From the NCBI GenBank assembly GCA_963804995.1, contig CAWDSK010000001.1:96001-160000 (forward strand): DNA of 64,000 nt. The letters are read 5' to 3'. A model generated the notes under the pieces. That model did not search any database. It was not told the origin of the DNA and saw only the letters and a program-made list of their open reading frames with translations. Shown here piece by piece: positions 31,796-41,448 of this stretch; the stretch's first letter is position 1; each line of letters begins with the position of its first letter. The position numbers and the translations under genes are program-made. This stretch comes from an uncultured Acidobacteriota bacterium (GTDB lineage: Bacteria > Acidobacteriota > Terriglobia > UBA7540).

Positions 31796-33740
31796 GGTTG
31801 TGTCAAGAATTTTTGTCCCCTAAGGCGATAACCCATTGAATTGCTGGGAGAAACTGGATTTTCTGCTTTCTCCCCCCTCCGGGTGCGCTTGACTAGGACG
31901 TTGGCGTGAGGTGCGGTCGGGTTGCCGCGCTTAAGTTCCTGGACGTAACTGCGTCGTGGGGCTTGACGGCAAACAAAAAGGGCGGTGAAGTCTCTCTTTC
32001 CCAATCCACCTTGTAGGGAACCCGCCAGGTTCCCGAGAGACTCACCGCCATGGGCAAGATACCACGATTGGTGCTTTGGCTCTGTAGGAAATTTACCCGC
32101 CAGGATTTGCAGGAACTGGTCGAGCAACTGCAAGAGATTCTCGCCGGGCGCCAGCCCGAGCCTCAACCCCGCGACGACTTTCGCCAGCAGCATCCACACT
32201 ATCGCGACTTCTACGTTGACCCTCTGGCTCCCTTGACCCAGCCGCCTCCGGCACCTCGCACCTGGAACTGGCGGCAGTTGCTGGCTCAGTACCAGCGCCA
32301 GCACCGCCGACCGTTGGCTCCGATTCAGCGTTCTGGCGCCCACCCCCTGCCTCCCACTTGTCGTTGTGCCCACTGCGGCGCACCGCGCGACTTCCTCTAC
32401 CTCAACGATGGCCGTCACGCCCGCCAACTGCGCTGCAAAGTCTGTGGCCGGCTGTCGCAAATCGCTCGTCGTCATCGCCCGACGAAAACTCCTTACTGGT
32501 GCCCCTACTGCGGCAGCTCCCTCTTCCGCTGGAAGCAGCGTGCCGATTGCACCATCTACAAATGTCCTGGCGAGCGTTGTCCTCACTATCTCCAGAAGCA
32601 GCAAGCCCTGCACTGGAACGAGAAGTTGCTCCAGAAGCTGCGCCGCACGCAGTTCAAGCTGCGTTACCAGTATCGCGAATACCACTTTCAACCCGCCCAA
32701 CTGGCCCCCACCGCTCCCGATCCGCCCACCGTCGACCTCACCCGTCTGCATCGTTCTTCCGATGTCTTGGGCCTGGTGTTGGCCTTCCACATCTCTTTCG
32801 CCCTCTCCGCCCGCAAGACCGCCCAGGTCCTGCGGCAAGTCTTCGGCGTGCCTCTCAGCTACCAGTCCGTTCTCAACTATGCCCAGGCCGCCGCTTACTA
32901 CTGCCACGCCTTCAACCTCCGCTACAAAGCCCCGCTCAGCGCCACCGCCACCGGCGACGAGACTTATATTCGCGTCGCGGGGAAGCACCCATACACGTTC
33001 TTCTTTCTCGATCCCCAAGGGCATCGCATCACGTCCTATCACGTGGCGCCGGAGCGCGATGCCTTGGCCGCCACCGTGGCCCTGGGCGAGGCCGCGCGCA
33101 CCTTGCCCGAAGATCAGGCCCTGCGTTTCATCACCGACGGCAACCCCGCTTATCAGGCCGGCGTACACTTCCTCAACGCTCACCGCACCGCTTCCCAACC
33201 TCCCCATACCTTGCGGCAGGTCATCGGCCTGGAAAACCTCGACGCGGTCTCCAAGGAATTCCGCCCCTTCAAGCAACTCATCGAACGTCTCAATCGCACC
33301 TACAAATACCACGTCCGCCCGGCTTGCGGCTTTGCCACGCGCAACGGCGCCGTGGCCCTCACCACCCTGTTCGTCACCCACTACAACTTCCTTCGCCCCC
33401 ATCTGGCCCTGGGCTACCGCGTACCCATCCCCTTGCCGGAGTTGAGTTCCCTCACCACCTTGCAAGGCCAGTGGAACAAGATCCTCGCTCTCGCCCTGGC
33501 GGCCTGAGCCCGGTGGGAGTAAACTTCGCGGTGGCCGGGGCGGAGGATAGGGCTCCGCAGGGATGCGACCTGAGCGCCGACCCCGGGGCCGAGATCGGTC
33601 GGGAGCGAGCCCCACTCGCTCCCCCAGTCCAGACCCATCTTGGCACCAAAGCGATAAATCCTGGGGGTCTGGGGGCAAATCCCCCAGCTCTACCCACCTC
33701 CCGACCCTTCATTACCTTTCATAAAACTTTTGACAGAACC
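31796..33740 (+). mobile_element. 1945-bp IS with GG ends and 8-bp target duplication (IS6/IS1-like)
   Basis: IRs GGTTGTGTCAAGAATTTT / GGTTCTGTCAAAAGTTTT; GACAAAGA duplicated at 31788-31795 and 33741-33748. Confidence 0.92.
32050..33507 (+). CDS. DDE transposase with N-terminal zinc ribbons
   Basis: CAHC, CKVC, CPYC, CPGERC; GDETY, ITDGNPAY, IERLNRTYK, YNFLRPH. Confidence 0.9.
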   Translation: MGKIPRLVLWLCRKFTRQDLQELVEQLQEILAGRQPEPQPRDDFRQQHPHYRDFYVDPLAPLTQPPPAPRTWNWRQLLAQYQRQHRRPLAPIQRSGAHPLPPTCRCAHCGAPRDFLYLNDGRHARQLRCKVCGRLSQIARRHRPTKTPYWCPYCGSSLFRWKQRADCTIYKCPGERCPHYLQKQQALHWNEKLLQKLRRTQFKLRYQYREYHFQPAQLAPTAPDPPTVDLTRLHRSSDVLGLVLAFHISFALSARKTAQVLRQVFGVPLSYQSVLNYAQAAAYYCHAFNLRYKAPLSATATGDETYIRVAGKHPYTFFFLDPQGHRITSYHVAPERDALAATVALGEAARTLPEDQALRFITDGNPAYQAGVHFLNAHRTASQPPHTLRQVIGLENLDAVSKEFRPFKQLIERLNRTYKYHVRPACGFATRNGAVALTTLFVTHYNFLRPHLALGYRVPIPLPELSSLTTLQGQWNKILALALAA

Positions 33741-34556
33741 GACAAAGACGTGGTTCGAAGGATTCTCGCCCGTCACTATCGACCGGGACAGGACTCTGGT
33801 GGTCCATCTCCGACAACGATCCGCTTTATCGTTTTCATCAATGGCAAGCCAACCTGCGAATCCTGGATGTGGCCGAAATCAAGACCGTGCCCTACGTTCC
33901 TTTGTCCCATCCCTTTGTGGAGCGGTTGGTCGGCACCCTCCGCCGAGAGTGTTTGGATCGTACGCTGTTCTGGACAACCGCCGATCTCAAGAGCAAGCTG
34001 CTCGATTTCAAAAGCTATTTTAACCACCATCGCACGCATAGCGCACGGGCGGGGCGACCGCCAGAGGACGCACCGCCTCGGCCGGTCGCCAACCTCCAAT
34101 CTTATCGATGGGAATCTCACTGCCGGGGACTGTATCAAACCCCGATAGCTGCCTGATTCCCAAGAAACCTAAAACACCGGCCTCGTGGCATTGATGGCGT
34201 CACGTTCGACGCATTGCGATGCCGAAGTGTAGAAGCAACTGTCTAGGGTCTCGGTGAAGATGGATGAAACGGCGGTCAGATCCGCGTGCCCGCGGCATAA
34301 CAAGATTGCGAAATGCAGAAAACCTCAGGAAACTAGAAATTCGCCAGGTCCAAGTGACCACCAGAGCAAGATGAGGAGTTGCACCGCACTGGGGTTGTTT
34401 TCGAGTAGGTTTGAGGCGAGTAACATGCATCGTTCGAACGACACGGATATGAATCTGAAAGGAGTTGATGAGTGGCGGAAAGTCGCCTACCAAATTCGTC
34501 TTTCTGACTCGAAGCAGCTATAGATTGGCAACTGCCCTTGTGGGATTCGGAACGCT

Positions 34557-35213
34557 CTAGAACTGCACAATCTTATTGCGCAGGGCGTAGCGAATCACGC
34601 CGGTCAAGGAATGGGTGCCGAGCTTGTGCATGATGTTGCTTCGGTGGGTTTCTACCGTGTGAACACTGAGCCCCAAGGTTGCCGCGATCTCCTTGTTACT
34701 CTTCTCCTCGGCCAGAAGCTGGACAACTTCTCGCTCGCGAGGGGTCAATAGGTCACGAGTGAGGTTCGTTCTGCCGGTTGTCTTGCCCCCTTTCAGGAAG
34801 CTCTCCACTACAACCGTTGCTACCTCGGATGAGAAAAAACCTTTGTGCCGGCCAAGCGCCGCCACGCCCTCCGCCAAGTTTCGTCCTGCGTCGGACTTCA
34901 GGATGTAGGCACGAGCGCCTGATTCGACCACCCTGCGTATTAACTGTTCGGACTCATGAAGCGTGAGGATAAGCACCTCGGTTCTAGGGAGGGCTTTCAG
35001 GATTTGTCGCGTCGCTTCCAAGCCGTTCAATTCCGGCATGCTGATATCCATCACCACCACGTCAGGCTTCGTCTGTTTAGCCCGTTCAACCGCCTCCCGG
35101 CCATTGGCCGCCTCCGCGCAGATTTCCCATTCGGGACAGACTTCCAAAAGGGCTCGCATTCCCTTCCGCACGACCTCGTGATCATCTGCCACCAGAATAC
35201 GAAGCGTTTTCAC
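34557..35213 (-). CDS. NarL/FixJ-family response regulator
   Basis: ADDH, MDISMP, LK receiver motifs; LTPREREV..TVETHR LuxR HTH. Confidence 0.95.
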   Translation of the reverse strand: MKTLRILVADDHEVVRKGMRALLEVCPEWEICAEAANGREAVERAKQTKPDVVVMDISMPELNGLEATRQILKALPRTEVLILTLHESEQLIRRVVESGARAYILKSDAGRNLAEGVAALGRHKGFFSSEVATVVVESFLKGGKTTGRTNLTRDLLTPREREVVQLLAEEKSNKEIAATLGLSVHTVETHRSNIMHKLGTHSLTGVIRYALRNKIVQF

Positions 35214-37027
35214 GGAACAACCTCGGGATTCGGGATCACCACTCGGACGGTTGTGCCTCGGCCGCTTGAATCGATTTCCAGCCGACCCCCGAGTTGTCGG
35301 GCGCGCTCGCTCATGCCCATAATGCCCACTCCAAGCTTTCCGCTTTTCTGATTGCCCGAGTGGAGGGCCTTTGCGGGCATCCCCCGGCCTTTGTCCGCTA
35401 TTTCTAACTTCACCTCCGTCGCGCGCCGGGAAAGCCGTATCCTGGCTGTAGGACTTTTGGAGTGGCGGTGGACGTTTGTAAGGCCTTCCTGCACTACGCG
35501 AAAAAGGGTTGTCTCTGCCTCCTGGGGCAGTCGGCCAAATTGGGGAGACACTTTGAGGTCGACCTTGATTCCGCTTCGCTCGGCAAACCCCTTAACGTAC
35601 CAAGCCAAGGCTGAAGCCAAGCCATCTTCATCAAGCAGTGGCGGGTGTAACAAATAGGAGAGGGTGCGCATCTCCTTTAGGGACCGCTCTGCCACCTCAA
35701 GACTTCCAGACAGAGCTTGGCGTACTTTCGGATCAAGCTTACGAGCCGACTTGCGCGCCAAGGTGAGGTTCGCCACCAAACCGACGAGGTTCTGGCCTAT
35801 GGCGTCGTGGAGTTCCCGGGCAATGCGCCGCCGCTCCTCATCCTGCAACTGCAGCAAACGTGTAGAAAGCCCGCGGAGGGCCTTTTCAGCTTGCTTGCGT
35901 TCGGTGAGGTCCCGCATGACGGCCAACACACAAGGTGATCCCGTCCCATCACCAATAGGGACCGCATAAGTCTCCGCCCACCTTCGCGCCCCTTTGAGCC
36001 CGACAATCTCGAATTCCAAATTGGCATTATTGCCGCTGCAAACTCCCTGCAAGAGAGCTTTGAACGCCGCCCTGTGCTCGGGCACAATCAAGGGAAGCAC
36101 TGACTTTCCACTAACTTCGGCAAAGCTCTCAGCCTCGATCAGGGCCAGGCCCGCCGGGTTTATTTGAAGAAAGTCGCCGTTGCACGCGACCTTCGCGACA
36201 CATTCCGGCTCGGTTTCAACGATGGCACGCAGGTGACTTTCACTTTGCCGGAGCGCCTCCTCCGCCTCCTTACGCCGGGTAATATCGATGATGGTCCCTA
36301 AGATGAACGGTTGGCTGCCCGCCTCCCCTTCAATCAGATTCTCGTTAGCTAGAACCCAAACCGGGCTCCCATCTTTTCGCTTAAGGCGCAATTCTAGATT
36401 CGAGAGGGTCTTTTCCGCTCTTATGCGGGTGGTGATTGCCTCCGGCTCGCGGGGATCAAAGTAGAATTCCTGCACTGGATGAGCTAAGACCTCTTCACGA
36501 GAGGCAAACCCGAAGACCTTGACGAAAGCTTCATTACAGTCCGTGATGCGGCGGTCTAGGGCAGTGCGGTATACGCCCGCAAGGTTTCTTTCAAAAAGCA
36601 GGCGATACTGCTGCTCGCTTCTCTCGAGAGTTGCCTTCGCGTGCATCCGCTCAACTGCAAAGAGGACGGCGCGGCAAATCCACTCGCCACTCACCTTTCC
36701 TATGACCAGGTAATCCTGCGCCCCTTCCCGGACTGCTTGGAGGCCAAGCTTTTCATCGGTAAGATCCGTTAGCACTACGATGGGAGTGCCGGGGAATTGA
36801 TTGTGTAACTCCACAAAAGTGCTAATGCCCTGGCTGTCTGGAAGCCCGAGATCCAATAACACCGCGTCGATTCCCCCCTTCGCCAGCCGCTCGATCGCCG
36901 TCAGTAAGCTTGGGGCATCCTCCAGGTCAGCCAAGGCGGGCTTCGCTTCCTTCAGCATTTCCCGGATTAGGCTGATATTTTCCGGATTATCCTCCACCAG
37001 CAAGACCTTAATCGGCTCGGATGTCAT
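35210..37027 (-). CDS. REC-PAS-PAS HisKA_3 sensor histidine kinase
   Basis: LVED/LLDLGLPD receiver; two PAS/PAC domains; ERRRIARELHD; QEGLTNV, DKGRG, GxG boxes. Confidence 0.93.
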   Translation of the reverse strand: MTSEPIKVLLVEDNPENISLIREMLKEAKPALADLEDAPSLLTAIERLAKGGIDAVLLDLGLPDSQGISTFVELHNQFPGTPIVVLTDLTDEKLGLQAVREGAQDYLVIGKVSGEWICRAVLFAVERMHAKATLERSEQQYRLLFERNLAGVYRTALDRRITDCNEAFVKVFGFASREEVLAHPVQEFYFDPREPEAITTRIRAEKTLSNLELRLKRKDGSPVWVLANENLIEGEAGSQPFILGTIIDITRRKEAEEALRQSESHLRAIVETEPECVAKVACNGDFLQINPAGLALIEAESFAEVSGKSVLPLIVPEHRAAFKALLQGVCSGNNANLEFEIVGLKGARRWAETYAVPIGDGTGSPCVLAVMRDLTERKQAEKALRGLSTRLLQLQDEERRRIARELHDAIGQNLVGLVANLTLARKSARKLDPKVRQALSGSLEVAERSLKEMRTLSYLLHPPLLDEDGLASALAWYVKGFAERSGIKVDLKVSPQFGRLPQEAETTLFRVVQEGLTNVHRHSKSPTARIRLSRRATEVKLEIADKGRGMPAKALHSGNQKSGKLGVGIMGMSERARQLGGRLEIDSSGRGTTVRVVIPNPEVVP

Positions 37028-37677
37028 GGCGTTTTTCCTCACGGGAGTTTCACGATCGTCAACCAAAAATCTTCAACCGACTTCACAACCTGGACAAGAT
37101 GATGATTAACCCTCGCCACTCGTCCAAGAGAGGACACTCAGACTCTGTTAGATGCCGAGTGTGAAGGATTCTCAAACGCCGGGCAGCGGAGTTGATGTTG
37201 ACGCACTTCTTAACGATAATCAAGCTTCATACGTACCAATCCACTGCCATATATGTCTCTACTGTAGATTATGTAGAGACACCTAGAGGTTCGGGCGCTC
37301 AACGTACTGTCGAATACTCAATGTGCAGAATTGTGCCTGTCCCTGCTATCAAGATAAGCTGCTAGGCGGCGCCAGGAGGGTGCTAAGTCGGGGAAGGTCG
37401 TTACCGAGAACGAAGCATTCGGGGGATGACGAGTGAGCAGCCCAATCGCACCCTGAAACTCCCTTGGAGTTAATCCGACCCGCGAGGTGATCCAGCGTGG
37501 TCGCCAAAATCCCATTCCTTCTGACACCACGGGCGCGCCCTTAGCAGGCAGAGGAGGGTTGTTATGGCTAAGAGAAGCCAGCCTGCCGATTGGGCCCTCG
37601 CGGGAATCACCGGCGAGAATGCGGTTCTGGAATACGCCGCGAACCGCGATATCTTCAGCAAGCAGACGGAGGGTGTT

Positions 37678-38403
37678 ATGACGCCACAGAAGAGCCCGCC
37701 TGAGGTTGACATGGCCAATGGCAAAGGCAAGCCTCCACTTGCTACAGCAAGCGAGAAAATTCAGACCGTCGATTGGGCAGCATTTCTCGCAGGAATCTCG
37801 CGCGGAAAAACCGTTCTAGAATACGGCGCGGGCCGCACGATCTTCGTGCAGGGAGACCCTGCGGATTCCGTGTTCTATCTCCACCATGGCGAGGTGAAAC
37901 TCGCGGTGACATCCCAACAAGGCAAGGAAGCGATCGTCACCGTTCTGGGCGACAACGAGTTCTTCGGCGAGGGATGCCTGGCAGGCCAGCTGCTGCGTAT
38001 CTCAACGGCTATCGCGGTGAGCGATTGCACTCTTTACAGAATCGAGAAGGCGTTGATGGTGCGTTTGCTCCACGAGCAGCACGGAATCTCGGAATTGTTC
38101 ATCACGCACCTCCTTTCACGCAACATTCGATTTGAAGGGGATCTGGTCGACCAGCTTTTCAACTCCAGCGAAAAGCGCCTGGCCCGGATTCTCTTATTGC
38201 TGGCGCATTTTGGCAAGGAAAGCAGAACCGAAACGGTCCATCCCGGAATCAATCAGGAACACCTGGCCCAAATGGTCGGCACCACCCGGTCACGGGTCAG
38301 TTATTTCATGAACAAGTTCCGCACACTGGGCTTTGTCAATTACGCGGGCAGCGGCGAGTTGACGGTTAACAGTGGCCTCTTGAGCGTGGTCCTGAGTGAC
38401 TAG
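37678..38403 (+). CDS. Crp/Fnr-family transcriptional regulator
   Basis: FFGEGCL cNMP-binding fold; QEHLAQMVGTTRSRVS HTH; RBS GGAGGG. Confidence 0.92.
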   Translation: MTPQKSPPEVDMANGKGKPPLATASEKIQTVDWAAFLAGISRGKTVLEYGAGRTIFVQGDPADSVFYLHHGEVKLAVTSQQGKEAIVTVLGDNEFFGEGCLAGQLLRISTAIAVSDCTLYRIEKALMVRLLHEQHGISELFITHLLSRNIRFEGDLVDQLFNSSEKRLARILLLLAHFGKESRTETVHPGINQEHLAQMVGTTRSRVSYFMNKFRTLGFVNYAGSGELTVNSGLLSVVLSD

Positions 38404-38759
38404 CCCCGTATAGCCGAAATAGGTATAACCGGGAGGCTTGGCCTGCCATGCTGAGCGGGGTAGCGCTGAGGAAAGCATTCGGTTTGATGGGGTGCTCTCC
38501 AAGGGATAGCCCTCGCTCAGGCTCAGGAAAAAAGCCACCGCATTGTGCCACTTTCCTACGTAACGAAGCACCCGTATCCATGTCAAACCCTCGGTAATTC
38601 CCACCGGCCGCCCAAAACGCAGTTCCCCCTCACTAACTGGCATGAGTAATTCTGACCAGACGTCTGTGCAATATTGAACTGACCCCGCGAGTTGCCCGCG
38701 AGTAGTGTGTTGTGATGGCTGGGTAGGCGCAGAAAGATGGCTGTCAAGGATGAACCCTA

Positions 38760-39584
38760 ATGCGCAAATCGAAAGAGCCTAAAACACACTTCGAGCAGAT
38801 TCCGGTGGAGATAGTCAAAAAGATTGCGGAAGAAGACATTCCGGACGACGAAGAGAACGGACCCAACGTGACCGTCAAACCTCAGGTTGTCAGGGCCAAC
38901 GGCAAAGGCAAGCCCAGGCTTGCTGCAGCAAACGAGAAGACTCAGCCCGTCGATTGGACAGCATTCCTTGCCAGAATCTCGCGCGGGAAAACCGTTCTAA
39001 AATACGGCGCGAACCGCACGATCTTCGCGCAGGGAGACCCTGCGGATTCCGTGTTCTATCTCCACCAAGGCAAGGTGAAACTCTCGGTGACATCCCAACA
39101 AGGCAAGGAAGCGATCGTCACTATTCTGGGCCCCGACGAGTTCTTCGGTGAGGGATGCCTTGCCGGCCAGCTTTTGCGCATCTCAACGGCTATGGCGGTG
39201 ACGGATTGCAGTCTTTACAGGATCGAGAAGTCACTGATGGTGCGTATGCTCCACGAGCAGCACGGAATCTCGGAATTGTTCATCACGCACCTGCTTACCC
39301 GCAACATTCGATTTGAAGAGGATCTGGTCGACCAGCTTTTCAGCTCCAGCGAAAAGCGCCTGGCCCGGATTCTCTTATTGCTTGCGCATTTTGGCAAGGA
39401 AAGCAGAACCGAAACTCTCCATCCCGGAATCAATCAGGAACACCTGGCCCAAATGGTCGGTACCACCCGGTCACGGGTCAGTCATTACATGAACAAGTTC
39501 CGGACGCTGGGCTTTCTCGATTACACGGGCAACGGCGCGTTGACGGTTAACAATGGCCTCTTGAGCGTACTCCTGAGCGACTAA
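38760..39584 (+). CDS. Crp/Fnr-family regulator, tandem paralog
   Basis: Near-identical to the preceding gene from ANGKGKP onward; different acidic N-terminus. Confidence 0.92.
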   Translation: MRKSKEPKTHFEQIPVEIVKKIAEEDIPDDEENGPNVTVKPQVVRANGKGKPRLAAANEKTQPVDWTAFLARISRGKTVLKYGANRTIFAQGDPADSVFYLHQGKVKLSVTSQQGKEAIVTILGPDEFFGEGCLAGQLLRISTAMAVTDCSLYRIEKSLMVRMLHEQHGISELFITHLLTRNIRFEEDLVDQLFSSSEKRLARILLLLAHFGKESRTETLHPGINQEHLAQMVGTTRSRVSHYMNKFRTLGFLDYTGNGALTVNNGLLSVLLSD

Positions 39585-40165
39585 CATACGATAACCGGCA
39601 TAGGTATTACCGGCCCGCTTAGCCTCCCATCCTGAGGGGGGCATGGCGGAGCGAAGTATCTCGCTTGGAGGGCTGGTCGCGGTAGGGATACCGGTTGCCC
39701 GGTACCCTGTCCTTCGCCAATACACGATAATGCTGCATTCGCTGCAAAAGTGGCCGCCCAAAGACCGCAGTCTCCGCTTGTCGCTCTGTGCCTTGGTCTC
39801 TGGTCCGAGAGGTCATCGGGCTGGTCGCGCCTTTGCGCCGACAAGCACCCGCCTGGCGCGAGACAGGTTGCAGTTTTCGAGGTAAGGGAACGGCAGGCCG
39901 ATGCTGCCCTCGGTCAGGCAGCGCGCCGTTCGTAGCGATGGTGCAGGCCACCGACCTGCGGGATCTCCACCATCTCTCCGGCCTCCGGTCCCTGCACGAC
40001 CCGAGGGGTCGGAGCGTCCTTGGCTAAGGAGAGGTGAGTTCTTGAACCCAGATAGTAATCGAAATAACTTTTCAGGATTCGTCGCAGATGCTTCTCTCCC
40101 AGCACGATCACGTGATCCACGTACTCACGTCGGATGGAGCCCACCAGCCTTTCCGCAAACGGATT

Positions 40166-40458
40166 GGATCAGGTCGTCAACTACACACCATAGAGACTAT
40201 TCAAAACGACGTTTCCGAGTAACTCACCCTTACCATCCACTGTTCCAACGTGAATTCGAATGGGTGGACTACCGCCAGAACTGGGGGGAGGACCGAGTGT
40301 ATTTCTACGACGAAGGAGGCCAGTTGACCTCGCTACCGGCGCGGTGGACGAGTGTCGTGGGGGAGGACCCATTCGTGGTCATAGGGGGAGGCCGCTCGTA
40401 TTTTCGCGTTGAGGACCTGATTGAATTGGTGCGTTTGGTGGAGGGTTTACGGTCCTGA
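40166..40458 (+). CDS. Startless body of att-split DUF5372-like gene of element 2
   Basis: IRSSTTHH..FRVTHPYHPLF..NWGEDRV..SLPARWT..DPF..GRSYFRVEDL; no ATG before the motif inside the element; its ATG is at 43528. Confidence 0.8.
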
Positions 40459-40608
40459 AGCCCCGGAAGGTCTGTAAAGGGAATTACGCCGTTTGTGTTA
40501 AAGGGATTATGTCGGAGCTTGAGCCGAAGTCCAGAGTTTTCGGTGGGTGTGTGAGTGCAATATCCGCTTATTGTGCAACACAAATTCGGGTCGGAGGATA
40601 GAAAAGGC

Positions 40609-40637
40609 TTGACAGGGAGCAAGAGAATGTATATAAT
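40609..40637 (+). promoter_or_regulatory. Consensus sigma70 promoter
   Basis: TTGACA (40609-14), 17-nt spacer, TATAAT (40632-37); 41 nt upstream of the HTH gene. Confidence 0.9.
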
Positions 40638-40678
40638 TAACATTACACTCGTTTGCCGGATTTGCTCCGGAGGAGCCC

Positions 40679-41146
40679 ATGTCCCCTTCCTCACGCCACG
40701 ATGCCAAGCGCCATATCCTGCGCTCCCAAGGTACCTTGAATCCCCGCCCGCAGGAGGTGGCCCACGCCCTGTTCCAGGACAGCGACTTCTTCAATCCCCG
40801 GGACTTGCTGCAGGTCAAGTACGAGATGCTGCGCCAAGTGAGGGTCGAAAACCAAGCGGTGAGCCAAGCGGCGGAGGCTTTTGGTTTCTCCAGACCCTCC
40901 TTCTACCTCGCCCAGGCGGGCTTCGTAGCCAGGGGACTCGCAGGATTGATTCCCCAGAAACGGGGACCTCGGCACGCCCACAAGCTCACGGCCGAGGTAA
41001 TGGAGTTCGTCCGGCAGGCCCGAGCTGCCGAACCCTCCTTGCGGAGCGAGGAACTGGCGGCCCGGGTGAAGAAAGCCTTCCGTCTACGGGTCCATCCTCG
41101 CAGCTTGGAGCGCCGGCTTCGGCAGCAGCAAAAAAAACGACGTTGA
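40679..41146 (+). CDS. Helix-turn-helix protein of LSR element 2
   Basis: FFNPRDLLQVKYEMLR; VSQAAEAFGFSRPSFY HTH; KRGPR..HKL; VHPRSLER; RBS GGAGGAG. Confidence 0.88.
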   Translation: MSPSSRHDAKRHILRSQGTLNPRPQEVAHALFQDSDFFNPRDLLQVKYEMLRQVRVENQAVSQAAEAFGFSRPSFYLAQAGFVARGLAGLIPQKRGPRHAHKLTAEVMEFVRQARAAEPSLRSEELAARVKKAFRLRVHPRSLERRLRQQQKKRR

Positions 41147-41448
41147 GCGACCCTCCCGTTGCTCCCCTGATGGCCCAGGAGGGGATCGTAAACCAATATG
41201 AGGAACTCCGGCGACAAGTGCGGGGTGAGTTAGGCGGCAGGCGCGGAGCCTTGGGCCTGGCGCTGTTTATTCGCCAGGGGATGAAAGGCTGGATGGAAGC
41301 CTGGTCCCACTGCCTGCCGGGTGGGATTCCGATGAAACCCCAGAATCCGTCCGGCCCTGAGGAGAGGGTTCCTCTCGATCTGCACACGGAAGTGGTTACG
41401 ATTCTGGCGAGCATGGTACTTCACAGTCGGCCGGAGGTGAGAGGATGA
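41143..41448 (+). CDS. Small accessory ORF (possible -1 frameshift extension of the HTH protein)
   Basis: YEELRRQ..GLALFIRQGMKGW..ILASMVL; TTGA overlap upstream and ATGA overlap with the recombinase. Confidence 0.7.
   Translation: MSDPPVAPLMAQEGIVNQYEELRRQVRGELGGRRGALGLALFIRQGMKGWMEAWSHCLPGGIPMKPQNPSGPEERVPLDLHTEVVTILASMVLHSRPEVRG

Larger units (their letters stand above)
31280..34155 (+). pseudogene. rve/IS481-like transposase element, interrupted by an IS and internally deleted
   Basis: TGTCCGTGGCGGATTG end at 31280; ORF from 31348 (NPTWGCPRI) resumes at 33749 (DVVRRIL); frame break at ~33810; SHPFVERLVGTLRRECLD..GLYQTP. Confidence 0.8.

Noticed and set aside
31693..34148. 661-, 596- and 359-aa ORFs overlapping the transposase
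   Set aside because: Alternative-frame shadows of GC-rich IS DNA; two of them cross the IS boundaries.
39901..40165. N-terminal part of the 185-aa ORF as the start of the DUF5372-like gene
   Set aside because: It lies outside the element, on the antisense strand of the target transposase; a chance open frame, though fortuitous translation is not excluded.
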